Assembly (NCBI GenBank): GCA_019239775.1
Contig: JAFAZN010000363.1
Coordinates: forward strand, 197-64,196
DNA length: 64,000 bases
Source: Chloroflexota bacterium
GTDB lineage: Bacteria > Chloroflexota > UBA6077 > CF-72
Direction of reading: 5' to 3'
Shown here: positions 38,307 through 48,730 of the stretch, piece by piece
How the letters are laid out: the number at the start of each line of letters is the position of its first letter
How positions within the stretch are numbered: the first letter of the stretch is position 1
Notes under the pieces: generated by a model
Told to the model about the DNA's origin: nothing
The model's input: only the letters and a program-made list of their open reading frames with translations
Database searches by the model: none
Program-made: the position numbers and the translations under genes

Positions 38307-40740
38307 GTGTTCTAAGTATAGGCCGCCACAGCAACAGTGCAATTATGACAACCATGCCGGCGAGGCTCAGTAGCGCACCGCGTTTGAAGCTGGGCGAATC
38401 GAAGTAGATTTCAACGTCGTGCTGGCCAGCGGCCAGTGGCACTCCGCGCAAGAGGCCATCCGCGTGCTGCAGCGGAACGTCCGCGCCATCGACACGTGCG
38501 CGCCAGCCCGGGTACCAGGCTTCGCGCTGCAGCAAAAAGCCCGGTTGCGTCAACGTGATGTGCGCCTTCCAGTGTTCGGGTTCCGCCACGTCGGGTGTCA
38601 CGGCAAGCGGTGCAGCACCTGGTGTCGAGGAGGAGGAGGAGGAGGAGGAGCCTTCCACCACGACCTCACGGTTCGGGTCAAAGTCCGGCGAGCCCATCCG
38701 CGCAAGTGCAGCCTGCTCGTCGCCCACGCGAGTCGTGCCGAAGACCACCAGGGACAGAGGCACCGTCTCGGGCCGCACGAGCAGGTGTAGATCGCCGAAG
38801 TCAACGGTCTGGAGACCTTGGGGTACGGGTGTCGCCGCGTTCGTGACGAGGTATCGCACCCCCAAGAGGTCGAGTAGCCGGTTGGACGGCACCCGGTCCA
38901 GACGCGTCAAGAGCACGCCGTCGGGACGTGGGGATTCGACGACCAGCCCACTGAGATCCAGCCAACGCAGCAGCGGCAAGACGCCGCCGTCGTACCCGTC
39001 GGCGGTGTTCAGTCCGAATTGCAGCGGGACGTTCGGTGTCAGCGTGTCGTGCCACTTCTGGGCCACCAGGACCTGGTCGACCAGGGATGAGGGCAGGCCG
39101 GAAAGTTCATCGCGCACGGCAGGTTCAGCGGCGGGCACATACTCGGGGCGAGCCAGGCTCAATAGGCGCTCCTGGGCGGTCACGTTGTGCGCGCGAAACC
39201 AGTCCACGGTCTGGCCGTCCGTGAATGCAGCCGGTGGTGCCTGCCGCGCCGGGGATGCATTCGCCGCGGCCCACACCTCGCCGCCGGTGAGCACGAGCAG
39301 CAGACTTACCGCCAGGGTCCGTCTGCCAAGATGCGGCAGCGCGCCGATCAGGACAGTGACGCCCGCAAGCGCGACGAACATCGCAGGCGTTCGCCGTGAC
39401 GCGAAGGATTCGCCGCTGAACTCCTGCCAAGTAAGCGCGACCACCAGGAGCAGGACGAGCACGGCGATACGCACCCAGAGCCAGCGCGAGCGCAGAAACA
39501 CCTGTGCGCCGCGGCCGACCCAGTCTGCGCCAACCCCCGCCAGGATGGCGGCGCCGAATTCCCAGAGCAGCAGCCAGCGCGCCGGAACACGGAAGGTATC
39601 GAAACCTGGGACAGCGCTGAATGCGAACGCGTACAGGCCTGTGTTCTCGCCGAGAGCCAGGAACAATCCAAGGAGCGCCAGGACTGCGCCAAACGCAACC
39701 GGGCGAGCCGAACCACGCAGCACAGCAAGGAGGGCGAGCGTGACCGAGCTCGCACCCACGTAACCCAGGTATTCCGTGTACGGGACAGTGATCCAGTACG
39801 GCGGCAGCAGCGCTCGGACGGCCAAGTAGGACGGCAGCGACCCGGCGACGGCGTCAGACCAGTTGATGCCGTCACCGCGGATTGAGAGCGGGGCGAGCTC
39901 CAGGGTTGGCAGCAGCTGCGCAGCGGCGAGAGCTGCCCCAAGGGTGCACATAGCCACGCCACCTGCCGCGCAGGCGATCAGCCAGCGGCTGCGCCAGGGG
40001 GCAACAACGAGCCCGAAGATGCCCAGCACGATCAGCGTCATGTACGTCTCTTGCGGATGGCCGGCCAGCAGCTGCAGGCCCAGGGCCAGCGCCCCCAGCG
40101 CGAGCCATTTCAGCGCGCGGGTGACGACAAAGCGGTGGTACGCCAGGAGCACGGCAGGCAGCCATGCCGCGGCGCTGATCTGATTGAGGTGACCAACCTG
40201 GCCGACCGCGAAGCCGCCGAACGCGTACGCGATGCCAGCAATAGCAGCGGCCATTGGCAGCGTGCCGAACGCGTGCCGCACCAGTAAGTACGTGAAGTAC
40301 GCCGCCAGAAACGTATGTAGGATCAGCTGGACGGTGTAGACGGTGTGAACTGGCCCGAGCAGGAACAGCCACGACGGCGGGTATAGGACCGCCGTCTGGG
40401 GATTCGCCAGGAACGGCGCGCCCAGGAAGAGTTGCGGGTCCCACAATGGGATACGGCCCGCCAGCAGTGACTGCGCGAGGAACACGCGCTGCGGGTAGAA
40501 GTAGACGAACGCGTCGTAATCGACCAGGGCGCGGCCGAGGAAGACCAGCGGGTAATAGAACGCCAGTGCCGCGACCGCGAGACCCAGCGCAGCCGACATG
40601 TCGGGCGCGATCGGCCAGGTCAGGCCGGCGAACCGTCGCCAGCGCGCGGGGGCGACGTGAGGTGCTGTCGCCGTAGCGCTCACGCGGGGATGAAGCGGTA
40701 ACGCAGAAGCGTCTTCAGCACGACGAATCCGTCGTGCCAC
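38293..40740 (-). CDS. YfhO-family (GT-C) membrane protein
   Basis: D...YFYP, PLWDP..F.G.P.LA...YPP, AGHPQ, FRVPARW, and a C-terminal WYPGWRA.VDG motif. Confidence 0.85.
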   Translation of the reverse strand: MARRIRRAEDASALPLHPRVSATATAPHVAPARWRRFAGLTWPIAPDMSAALGLAVAALAFYYPLVFLGRALVDYDAFVYFYPQRVFLAQSLLAGRIPLWDPQLFLGAPFLANPQTAVLYPPSWLFLLGPVHTVYTVQLILHTFLAAYFTYLLVRHAFGTLPMAAAIAGIAYAFGGFAVGQVGHLNQISAAAWLPAVLLAYHRFVVTRALKWLALGALALGLQLLAGHPQETYMTLIVLGIFGLVVAPWRSRWLIACAAGGVAMCTLGAALAAAQLLPTLELAPLSIRGDGINWSDAVAGSLPSYLAVRALLPPYWITVPYTEYLGYVGASSVTLALLAVLRGSARPVAFGAVLALLGLFLALGENTGLYAFAFSAVPGFDTFRVPARWLLLWEFGAAILAGVGADWVGRGAQVFLRSRWLWVRIAVLVLLLVVALTWQEFSGESFASRRTPAMFVALAGVTVLIGALPHLGRRTLAVSLLLVLTGGEVWAAANASPARQAPPAAFTDGQTVDWFRAHNVTAQERLLSLARPEYVPAAEPAVRDELSGLPSSLVDQVLVAQKWHDTLTPNVPLQFGLNTADGYDGGVLPLLRWLDLSGLVVESPRPDGVLLTRLDRVPSNRLLDLLGVRYLVTNAATPVPQGLQTVDFGDLHLLVRPETVPLSLVVFGTTRVGDEQAALARMGSPDFDPNREVVVEGSSSSSSSSTPGAAPLAVTPDVAEPEHWKAHITLTQPGFLLQREAWYPGWRARVDGADVPLQHADGLLRGVPLAAGQHDVEIYFDSPSFKRGALLSLAGMVVIIALLLWRPILRTRVQD

Positions 40741-41417
40741 GAGATTTTCTTACCTTCGGCGAACTCGCGGCCTGCATACGAGATTGGCACTTCGTAGATA
40801 CGATTGCCCATCTTCAAGATGCGGGCAGTGATTTCTGGATCGAAACCCCAGCGCGGCTCGCGAAGCTTCAGCTGCCGCGCAATATCGATGGTGAAGACTT
40901 TGTAACAGGTCTCCATGTCGGTCAGGGTCGTGTCGAAAAGCACGTTGCACAGCAGAGTGAGGAACTGATTGCCCAGCGAGTGCCAGAAATACATCGCGCG
41001 GTGCTCACCGATGAAGCGGGAGCCATACACCACACGTGCCTTACCGGTTTGAATTGGCCGTAGCAGCACGGGGTAATCCGCGGGATCGTATTCGAGGTCG
41101 GCGTCCTGAATGATGACGACGTCGCCAGAGGCGCACTTCAGGCCGTCCTGCACGGAGGCGCCTTTGCCACCATTACGCGGGCGCAATCGCAGAACGATGT
41201 CGCCACGCTCAGAAGCGCGCTTTTGCAGGAGCTCGCGGGTGCCGTCGGTCGAACAGTCATCGACCACGATGACCTCTTTCTCGACGGGGACGGCGTGAAC
41301 GCGGTCGATCAGCTCATTGATCGTGCCGCGCTCATTGAAGCACGGGACGACGACCGAAGCGCGGAGCGTGATTGGCGTGAGTGCATACAGCGGAAGTGCG
41401 CTGGGCGTCTCGCTCAC
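40680..41417 (-). CDS. Glycosyltransferase family 2 (DPM-synthase-like)
   Basis: VPCFNE, VDDCSTDGT, GKG, QDADLEYDP, TDMETCYK; GTG 41417 overlaps the upstream stop. Confidence 0.92.
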   Translation of the reverse strand: MSETPSALPLYALTPITLRASVVVPCFNERGTINELIDRVHAVPVEKEVIVVDDCSTDGTRELLQKRASERGDIVLRLRPRNGGKGASVQDGLKCASGDVVIIQDADLEYDPADYPVLLRPIQTGKARVVYGSRFIGEHRAMYFWHSLGNQFLTLLCNVLFDTTLTDMETCYKVFTIDIARQLKLREPRWGFDPEITARILKMGNRIYEVPISYAGREFAEGKKISWHDGFVVLKTLLRYRFIPA

Positions 41418-42910
41418 TGGGCTCCGGGCAAAAACAATCGGTAAGTGGCGCCGTTGACCTGCACGCTGCGGTCCAGGAAGTAGAACTGGCCGATCGCGGC
41501 CAGCACAGGCTCCGGGTACAGCTCGGCGTCCAGAATGACAATAGCGTATCGATGGTCGCGCAGGTCGTTCACCATGGGCGTGGGGTCCCAAAGGCCGGAT
41601 TCGTACAGGTTGCGGAGGTGCGTTGCGTTGCCGACCAACGGCTTGCCGGCGACCACCGCGAAGCTCGGATCCTCTGAGAGCGCAGGACCGCGCAAGCCGC
41701 GTACCTCCGACGCGATCAGCTGGCCGGCCGCGACGTCATCCAAGCTCGGCGCCCGCCCCAGGAAGGCACTCTGCGGACCGCGGTCTGGCAGCCACGGCAC
41801 GACGCTGCTGAGCGCTGCATGCGAGAGAAGCAGGGCCTGCATGAGGAGCGCGGCGCCAATGCCAAGTCGCAGCTGCAGCGAGGGCGCACTGTCGAGGAAG
41901 CGACCGATCCAGATGGCCGCAAGCACGCACATCGCGGCGATCGCGCCAAGGAAATAGGACTCTCCGGCGCCCCACTTCGCCACGCCAAGCGCCGAAACGC
42001 CGGCGGTGATCACGTAGAGTGCCCATGGCGACCATTGGCGCTTGAGCAGCATGGCCGCACACTGCCAGATTGCGAGCGCCAACAGCACACAGTGCAGCAC
42101 GGAGAAGTTCGACGCGTATGCGGCAAGCTGGTTGGCGTCGAACGGATTGGCGTTACCCGCCACCACGTTGAGCCAGAAGGCGCCGTGCGTGAAGAGCATG
42201 AGCGCACCCAACCCGACCGCTCCCACAGCGCCAACCGCTGCAAGCAGCGACGCACCACTGCGTGGCTGACGCAACGTCACTGACGCCGCGGCCGCCACGA
42301 CCACGTCGATCGCGGTCGGCTTGGTGAAGAGTGCGGCCGCCAGTACGAGACCTGCAAGCAGAATGCGCCGCCGTGTGAGCTGTGCGTCCAGGAGCGACAA
42401 CGCCACAACCGCGCCGAGCAGTTCGAGACTGTTCACCCGGGCCAGCGGCGTTGTATGGAAAACATAGGGCGATGCGAGGAAGAAACCGCCCGCCAGAAGG
42501 CCCGCCACGTGTCGGTGGGTCGAGCGATATGCGGCGGCTCCGAGAACCGCCGCCGTCGCTAGCGCGCTCAGGGTCGAGACGATTCGCGCCCCGGTAAGTC
42601 CCGGTCCGAGCCACGCCATCGGAATCGAAACGAGGTAGCTCCACAGGGGCGGATAATTGGAGGAGTAATAAGGAAAGCTGGCGTTGCTCGTATACGGCAG
42701 CTGACCAAGGTTGATCAGCCAGCCGCTCCAGGCGTCATAGCCTTCGCCCTGGTCCAGGTCGAAAGGAAAGGTGACAAGCTGCGCCGCGAACTGCACGAAC
42801 GCCACGGCGTAGACCGCGAGCAGCAGGAGCGCGGGCCAGAGCTCTGGCGTCAGCACCGAGGCGCGTAGGGACGTGAGGCGCCCGGATTGGATGCGGCTAG
42901 CGTGCTGCAA
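41414..42910 (-). CDS. ArnT-like (GT-C) membrane glycosyltransferase
   Basis: DQGEG, YPPL, ARV, FTK motifs; many TM segments; start approximate. Confidence 0.75.
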   Translation of the reverse strand: MQHASRIQSGRLTSLRASVLTPELWPALLLLAVYAVAFVQFAAQLVTFPFDLDQGEGYDAWSGWLINLGQLPYTSNASFPYYSSNYPPLWSYLVSIPMAWLGPGLTGARIVSTLSALATAAVLGAAAYRSTHRHVAGLLAGGFFLASPYVFHTTPLARVNSLELLGAVVALSLLDAQLTRRRILLAGLVLAAALFTKPTAIDVVVAAAASVTLRQPRSGASLLAAVGAVGAVGLGALMLFTHGAFWLNVVAGNANPFDANQLAAYASNFSVLHCVLLALAIWQCAAMLLKRQWSPWALYVITAGVSALGVAKWGAGESYFLGAIAAMCVLAAIWIGRFLDSAPSLQLRLGIGAALLMQALLLSHAALSSVVPWLPDRGPQSAFLGRAPSLDDVAAGQLIASEVRGLRGPALSEDPSFAVVAGKPLVGNATHLRNLYESGLWDPTPMVNDLRDHRYAIVILDAELYPEPVLAAIGQFYFLDRSVQVNGATYRLFLPGAQ

Positions 42911-43364
42911 GCGGTCGCCTCCAGCGACGAACGTCGAAGGCGAGCAGTGCCCCGACGGCAGCGAGGGCGGTGATGAACGCGATGGCCACAGGTGCGCCGA
43001 GAAGATCGAGCAGGAACCCAGTGAACCACTGGCCAACAAGGCCTGTCGATTGGCCGAGGAGGTGTTCAGCGGGCAGCAGCGCAATTGTGATCAGGCCGAG
43101 ACCGGCGAGACGCCGCCGCGGCAACGCAACGCCTGGCCGCGTCCGGCGTGCGTACCCGAGCGCGGCGGCAAGCGCACAGCCCAGGGGAAGCACGAACGTG
43201 GCCTGACCCAGTAACGCGTCCATCACATCGTGCAGCGGAACGAGCACGCGGCCTTCGGCAGGAAAGAACACGATCACCGACAGGACCGCTGCGCCGAGGA
43301 TCGCGATGGCGCCAAGCGTTTCAGCTCGGCGGTCCGCCTCAGGCGAAAACGTGTGCGACATCAC
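42897..43364 (-). CDS. Stand-alone 4-TM protein resembling the FtsK N-terminal membrane domain
   Basis: Pattern G..(L)...LLG and GLVG......LLG..A; 155 aa; no ATPase domain. Confidence 0.55.
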   Translation of the reverse strand: MMSHTFSPEADRRAETLGAIAILGAAVLSVIVFFPAEGRVLVPLHDVMDALLGQATFVLPLGCALAAALGYARRTRPGVALPRRRLAGLGLITIALLPAEHLLGQSTGLVGQWFTGFLLDLLGAPVAIAFITALAAVGALLAFDVRRWRRPLAAR

Positions 43365-43370
43365 TTCGGT

Positions 43371-44012
43371 TCAGAAGAGCGGCAGTTGGTCCAACTGCTT
43401 CGGAGCAGGCTCGGCGGCGACGGCTGCCAGTGCCAGCACTTCGCGTTTGCGGCGTTCCTGCTCCAGCAACACGGGAACCTTCGCGAAATCTTCCTGGTAG
43501 ATGCGCCGCATCTCGGGCGTTGGCGTTCGCAAAATTGCAGCTGGGTGGTACATCGCCAAACAGGTGATGCCGTTCCATTCGCGTGTGCGTCCGTGCAGGT
43601 CGCGCATCGGACCCTGGCCGACGAAGCGTGCCATTGAGTAACGACCGAGCGTAACGATGAGTTTCGGCTGCAGCACCGCGATCTGCCGCTGCGTGAACGC
43701 GTCGCACGCCTGGAGCTCGTCGGGCAGCGGATCGCGGTTGCCTGGCGGCCGGCACCGCACCACGTTGGTGATGAACACGTCCTGGCGTCGCATGCCAATA
43801 GTTCGAAGCATCTCGGTCAGTAACTGGCCGGCTGCGCCAACGAACGGTCGACCCTGCTGGTCTTCGTGAAAGCCCGGGCCTTCGCCGATGAACATGACTT
43901 CCGCGGTCGGACTACCTTCGCCAGGTACGCCGACGGTGCGGGTCTGGCACAGCTTGCACATCTGGCAGGCACGCACATCGGCGCCAATCTGCTCGAGTGT
44001 CTCGGCCATCAT
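43371..44012 (-). CDS. Uracil-DNA glycosylase family 4
   Basis: CQMC, IGEGPG..ED..GRPFVG, NVVRCRPP.NR, YHPAA. Confidence 0.93.
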   Translation of the reverse strand: MMAETLEQIGADVRACQMCKLCQTRTVGVPGEGSPTAEVMFIGEGPGFHEDQQGRPFVGAAGQLLTEMLRTIGMRRQDVFITNVVRCRPPGNRDPLPDELQACDAFTQRQIAVLQPKLIVTLGRYSMARFVGQGPMRDLHGRTREWNGITCLAMYHPAAILRTPTPEMRRIYQEDFAKVPVLLEQERRKREVLALAAVAAEPAPKQLDQLPLF

Positions 44013-44040
44013 TCCCGCCGCAAGGTTACCCTGGTCGCCT

Positions 44041-45231
44041 ATGGCTGGCCCGCTCTCCGGCATCCGCGTTATCGACCTGACCCGCGCCCTGGCGGGTCCG
44101 TACTGCACCCTGCTGCTCGGCGACATGGGAGCCGACGTGATCAAGATCGAGCTGCCGGGCAGCGGCGACGAAACACGCCAGTGGGGCCCACCGTTTGTGG
44201 CGGGCGAAAGTAGCTACTTCATGAGCGTGAACCGCAACAAGCGCAGCGTCACGCTTGACCTCAAGTCAACAGCAGGCGTGGAAGCCCTGAGGCGGTTGAC
44301 GCAGTCCTCGGACGTGTTAGTGGAGAACTTCCGTCCGGGGACGATGGACCGTCTCGGTCTGGGGTGGGACAGAGCGCGCGAGTTGAACAGCTCGCTGGTG
44401 TATTGCGCGATCTCGGGCTTTGGGCAGGATGGCCCCCGAGCGAAGCAACCCGCCTACGACGGCATCCTGCAGGGCATGGGCGGCGTGCAGTTCCTCACGG
44501 GCGAACCGGACGGCGGTCCTACGCGGGTAGGGGTGCCGATTGCCGATATTTCGGCAGGGATGTTCGGTGCGTATGCAGTGGCCAGCGCCCTGACATGGCG
44601 CGAACGCGATCCGCAACGCCGCGGACAATTCATCGACACGTCAATGCTGGGCGGCCAGGTCGCACTGCTGTCCTACCAGGCGGGCCGTTACTTTGCCACG
44701 GGCTCGGCGCCGACTCGCATTGGCAACCGCCACGCCAGCATCGCGCCCTACGAGATGTTCCGTACCTCGGACGGCTATGTGAACGTGGCGGCGGCGAACG
44801 AGCCGATGTGGCAGCGCTTTTGTAAGGCGCTTGACCTCCAAGGTCTTTTTAGCGATCCACGCTTCGGCACGAATCCGGACCGTGTCACCAACCGTGCGGA
44901 GCTGAGCGCTCTGATCGAGGAGCGCCTGTCCAGCCTGACCCAGTCGGAGGTCATCTCTCGCCTCGAGGCCGCTGAGGTCCCGGTTGGACCCGTGTACGAC
45001 CTTGCGCAGGTCTTCAGCGATGCGCAGTCCGAGCACCTGCGCATGACGCAGCCGACGCCGCACCCCAAGGTGCCCGACCTCCGAACAACGGGCTTTCCCT
45101 GGCGGATGTCCGAAACCAACCCCGAGGTGCGCTGCCCGCCTCCACTGCTGGGGCAGCACACGACCGAGGTCTTGCGCGAGATCGGCTACACCGACTCGGA
45201 AATCGCCTCGCTGACTGCTGGCGCCGACTGA
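44041..45231 (+). CDS. Class III CoA-transferase (CaiB/BaiF/Frc family)
   Basis: PLSGIRVIDL, LGDMGADVIKIE, NRNKRS, ENFRPG, PIAD; start ATG 44041. Confidence 0.93.
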   Translation: MAGPLSGIRVIDLTRALAGPYCTLLLGDMGADVIKIELPGSGDETRQWGPPFVAGESSYFMSVNRNKRSVTLDLKSTAGVEALRRLTQSSDVLVENFRPGTMDRLGLGWDRARELNSSLVYCAISGFGQDGPRAKQPAYDGILQGMGGVQFLTGEPDGGPTRVGVPIADISAGMFGAYAVASALTWRERDPQRRGQFIDTSMLGGQVALLSYQAGRYFATGSAPTRIGNRHASIAPYEMFRTSDGYVNVAAANEPMWQRFCKALDLQGLFSDPRFGTNPDRVTNRAELSALIEERLSSLTQSEVISRLEAAEVPVGPVYDLAQVFSDAQSEHLRMTQPTPHPKVPDLRTTGFPWRMSETNPEVRCPPPLLGQHTTEVLREIGYTDSEIASLTAGAD

Positions 45232-46256
45232 GTCGGCATGTTCAGCGGCGTCCCCGCTTCAATCCCAAACGAAACCACGCCCGGGATAAGCCAGTTGGTC
45301 CACTGCTCGTCCACGCGGCGCTGAAACAGGTCGTAGTCCTCATCCTTGAAGTGAGCGAAGCGGCCCTGTTGAGCGAGGTATTCCCGCACCGGCTTGCGTT
45401 TGGCGCGCCCTGAGGCAATCGCGCGAGTGGTCCCGTTGAGCTTGACGACGTGATCCTCCATCTCCCAGAGCGACCAGATCCCGGTCTCGACCGCGAGCTT
45501 GCCGAGCTCGTGCGACAACTGGGGATCGTAGTGCCAGCCCTTGGGACAGGGATCGAGCACGTGGATGAAAGCCGGCCCGCCTGAGGCCAGGCCCTTGCGG
45601 ACCTTGTTCATGAAGTCGACGCCATAGGCCGCGTCGGCCGTGGCGATATACGCGGCGTCGGGGTGTCCAGCGACCAGCGCGCCGGGCGTGTTCTTCTTCC
45701 AGCGCGTGTGCATGATGCGGCGTTGCTTGCCGGTCGGTGAAAAGGTCGTGACCGCGCCGTAGGGCGTCGAGCCCGAAAGCTGGATATCCGTGTTGGCATA
45801 CGACTCGTTGTCGTAAAGGATCACCAGGAAGCGGTACTCGGCGTGCGTCAGCGCCGCCGAGATGGCCGAGAGCCCCATGTCCGCGCCGCCACCGTCACCG
45901 CAGAACGCGATGACGTTGATGGGCTCATCCTTCAGCTTGCCTTTGCGCATGAGCACCTTGAGGCCGGCCGAGGCGCCGAGCGCCGCGGAACCCGCCGCAC
46001 CAAGCTGCGTGTGCATCCACGGCACGACCCAGGGCGTTGTGTAGTAGCTAGTGTTGGCGACGTACATGCAGCCGGTCGAGCCCAGCACAATCGTGCGCGG
46101 CCCGGCGGCCTTGGCGATGTAGCGCATCACCAGCGCGCTCTCGCAACCCTGACAAGTACGGTGTCCCGAGACGAAGTACTCGGTGTACGGGACCTGCTTG
46201 ACGGTCTTGATCGAGCTCAGATCCACATCTGGTGGACGATCGACAGCGATAGTCAT
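45186..46256 (-). CDS. 2-oxoacid:ferredoxin oxidoreductase beta (TPP-binding) subunit, OOR-like
   Basis: GHRTCQGC, TGC, GDGG...DNESYANT, PCP. Confidence 0.92.
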   Translation of the reverse strand: MTIAVDRPPDVDLSSIKTVKQVPYTEYFVSGHRTCQGCESALVMRYIAKAAGPRTIVLGSTGCMYVANTSYYTTPWVVPWMHTQLGAAGSAALGASAGLKVLMRKGKLKDEPINVIAFCGDGGGADMGLSAISAALTHAEYRFLVILYDNESYANTDIQLSGSTPYGAVTTFSPTGKQRRIMHTRWKKNTPGALVAGHPDAAYIATADAAYGVDFMNKVRKGLASGGPAFIHVLDPCPKGWHYDPQLSHELGKLAVETGIWSLWEMEDHVVKLNGTTRAIASGRAKRKPVREYLAQQGRFAHFKDEDYDLFQRRVDEQWTNWLIPGVVSFGIEAGTPLNMPTQSAPAVSEAISESV

Positions 46257-46262
46257 TAGCGA

Positions 46263-47501
46263 TTACTCCCGAACCCCGATCCAATGCACATTGGTCTTCA
46301 ACTCGCCTGCATCGGCTTTCTGCAATAGCGTAAACATTTCCTGGCCATCCGCGGCCGTGAACTCGCGGCCGCCGAGGCCGCCGATGATGTTGATCATGGC
46401 CGGGCGCCTGGGACTGTCGTAGAAAGCCGCCCGGAACTCTGTAAAAAGCACACCCCCGTGGTGCGGCGAACCGAAGCTGTAGTCACGATCGATGATGCCG
46501 ACAGCCTTGAAGCCGCTCAGTCGCTCAATGACCTCCTCGGCTGGGAACGGCCGGAACCACTTCAGCCGAGCGAAGCCAACCTTGTGGCCTTGCTCGCGCA
46601 GGCGCCGCACGATAACGCGACCTGGCATGGCAATCGTGCCCTGGCCGACGAGCACATAATCGGCGTCGTCGGTCATGTACGTCTCCATGAACGGCTCTTT
46701 CTGGCGGCCAGTCAGCTCGTAGTACTCGCGGTAGGCGTCGCGGATCACTTCAGGTGCGCGGCGCATCGCGGCATCGTTCTGCTTGCGAATCTCGGTCAGC
46801 CAGTCCTGGTCGACCTGCGGCGCGATGGTGATCGGGTTGTCCGGGTGAAACAGACGGTCGCCGAGGTCGTACGCCGGCAGGAATTTGTCCACCATTTCGC
46901 GCGGCGGCACCTTGACCAGGTGCTGCGAGTGCGTCAGGAACGCACCATCGGTGCTCACCGCGCACGGCAACATCACGCGCGGATCTTCGGCCACCTTGTA
47001 AGCGATCAGCGCCGCATCCAGGGCTTCCTGGCCGGTTTCGACCCAGGTCATGAGCCAACCGAGATCGCGGACGGCGAGGGCGTCGTTGTGCTCGACGCCG
47101 AATGCCCCTGGATCATCCAGCGCACGGTTGCCAACGTTAGCCACGACCGGAAGGCGCAGACCGGCCGTCACAGCGATGGCTTCAAAGGCGTAGAACCAAC
47201 CCACACCCGAGCTGCCCACGAAGGCACGTGCGCCTACGGCACTGGCGTGCTTGACCAGCTCGAACTGAGAGTGCTCGCCCTCGGCGACGATGTACTCGCA
47301 GTCCATCTCGCCGTTGGCGATCATCGTCGCGACGGCTTGCATGACCGCGTCGTAGGGCCGAATTGGATACGCGGCAACGATGTCGACGTCCGCGAGCCGT
47401 AGTGCGTGCGCGATGGCTTCCGAGCCTGTGACCAGGAGCTCTTGCTCGCCCTCCAACTTGGGCGCCGATGCCGCCGCTCCAGGTTGTGTCGCAATGGCCA
47501 T
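46263..47501 (-). CDS. 2-oxoacid:ferredoxin oxidoreductase alpha subunit, OOR-like
   Basis: YPIRP, EGEH, SSGVG, NRALD, FRPFP, GLGG. Confidence 0.93.
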   Translation of the reverse strand: MAIATQPGAAASAPKLEGEQELLVTGSEAIAHALRLADVDIVAAYPIRPYDAVMQAVATMIANGEMDCEYIVAEGEHSQFELVKHASAVGARAFVGSSGVGWFYAFEAIAVTAGLRLPVVANVGNRALDDPGAFGVEHNDALAVRDLGWLMTWVETGQEALDAALIAYKVAEDPRVMLPCAVSTDGAFLTHSQHLVKVPPREMVDKFLPAYDLGDRLFHPDNPITIAPQVDQDWLTEIRKQNDAAMRRAPEVIRDAYREYYELTGRQKEPFMETYMTDDADYVLVGQGTIAMPGRVIVRRLREQGHKVGFARLKWFRPFPAEEVIERLSGFKAVGIIDRDYSFGSPHHGGVLFTEFRAAFYDSPRRPAMINIIGGLGGREFTAADGQEMFTLLQKADAGELKTNVHWIGVRE

Positions 47502-47504
47502 GGC

Positions 47505-48698
47505 TTACTCCTCACCTCCGGCCACCGTCACTGGCCACTTTCTCTCCTGGACATCGTGTACAGCGGCAGTTTTCTTGGCCTTTTCCACCAACTCCGGGTG
47601 GAGCGGAACACCATGTTTCTGGAGGAACGCGCGGTAGGCCTCAGGGTCCGCCTTGTAGACCGCGTACAGACTGTCGTTATCGTCGAACGCCAGCTCGTTG
47701 ACCATCACGATGCAGTCCGGTACCGGACAGACTTCTTCGCAGATCGAGCAGCCGATGCACGCCTCGTACACCACCTCGTAGGTACCTTCAGGCGTTACCT
47801 CGAAGCACTCGTCCGGGCATTGCAGCCAGCACTGCGTGCACTTGATGCAGGTGTCGAAATTGACGAGTGGGCGCCGCGTGCGGGTGCTCCACTTTTTGTA
47901 GAGCGGATTGCGCGTGCCAACCTGCTGTGCCTCGACGATGATGCCCTCGCGCATCTGGGTCCAGCCGGGCTTCTGGTACTCCTCGAACGAGGTGCTGCTG
48001 CCCTCGCCAGCATTCACGGGGCGTATCTTGAGCTGGTCGTAGTTGGCCTTGACGGCGTTGACTCGGGCCTCGTCCTTGGTGCGCTCTCGCACCAGAGTCA
48101 ATACCGTGTCCAGCGAGACGACCTGGGGTGCCACGCGTGCCACAGCGGCGAGGCAGTTCCAGTCCGTGTTGTCGTCGTTGTCGACCCACAGCCCGGCGAA
48201 GCTCGCCGAACCCTCCGGTGCGAACACGCCCGCGTGCACCGGGCTCGGCACCACGACCAGGGTGTAGTCGTAGGGTTTGGTCTTTATCGCCTTGAGCAGC
48301 TCCTCGGGTTCCTTGTCCGAGGTGACCAGGAGAAAACCACCTGGCACCACCAGCTTGTTGATGGGCTGCACGCCGTACCAGGCCCAGGACTCAACGCCCT
48401 TGCTCATGGTGTCGTCGACCACGATCGAAATTTCGACGCGCTCGGGTTCGTAGCGAGCCAGGGAAGACTCCAGCTCGACCTCATCGGTGGCTACTACGGC
48501 GAAGTTTTTGGATGGGATACCGTTGCGCTCGGGCGAATCGCCGTAACGCGCAAAGGCTGTGCCGACTTTGCCTTCACGACGCGCGCCCAGGACGACGCCG
48601 CGCGAAATACGATTGGCGAGCCGCTTCTGGAAAATGCCGCGGTACACGACCTCGACAGACCAGGAGGCTGGCGCGGACGCCGAGCCGTTTGGGTGCAT
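47505..48698 (-). CDS. 2-oxoacid:ferredoxin oxidoreductase gamma subunit fused to 2x[4Fe-4S] ferredoxin
   Basis: YGDSPERNGIP gamma motif; CIKCTQCWLQCP and CIGCSICEEVCP; SD GGAGGT before ATG 48698. Confidence 0.9.
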   Translation of the reverse strand: MHPNGSASAPASWSVEVVYRGIFQKRLANRISRGVVLGARREGKVGTAFARYGDSPERNGIPSKNFAVVATDEVELESSLARYEPERVEISIVVDDTMSKGVESWAWYGVQPINKLVVPGGFLLVTSDKEPEELLKAIKTKPYDYTLVVVPSPVHAGVFAPEGSASFAGLWVDNDDNTDWNCLAAVARVAPQVVSLDTVLTLVRERTKDEARVNAVKANYDQLKIRPVNAGEGSSTSFEEYQKPGWTQMREGIIVEAQQVGTRNPLYKKWSTRTRRPLVNFDTCIKCTQCWLQCPDECFEVTPEGTYEVVYEACIGCSICEEVCPVPDCIVMVNELAFDDNDSLYAVYKADPEAYRAFLQKHGVPLHPELVEKAKKTAAVHDVQERKWPVTVAGGEE

Positions 48699-48730
48699 AG
48701 CCTGCACCTCCCTCACTTTAAGTGGCTGGA

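Noticed and set aside
38628-38650. (GAG)n simple repeat as a phase-variation tract
   Set aside because: It is a triplet repeat encoding a poly-Ser linker, so slippage would not shift the frame.
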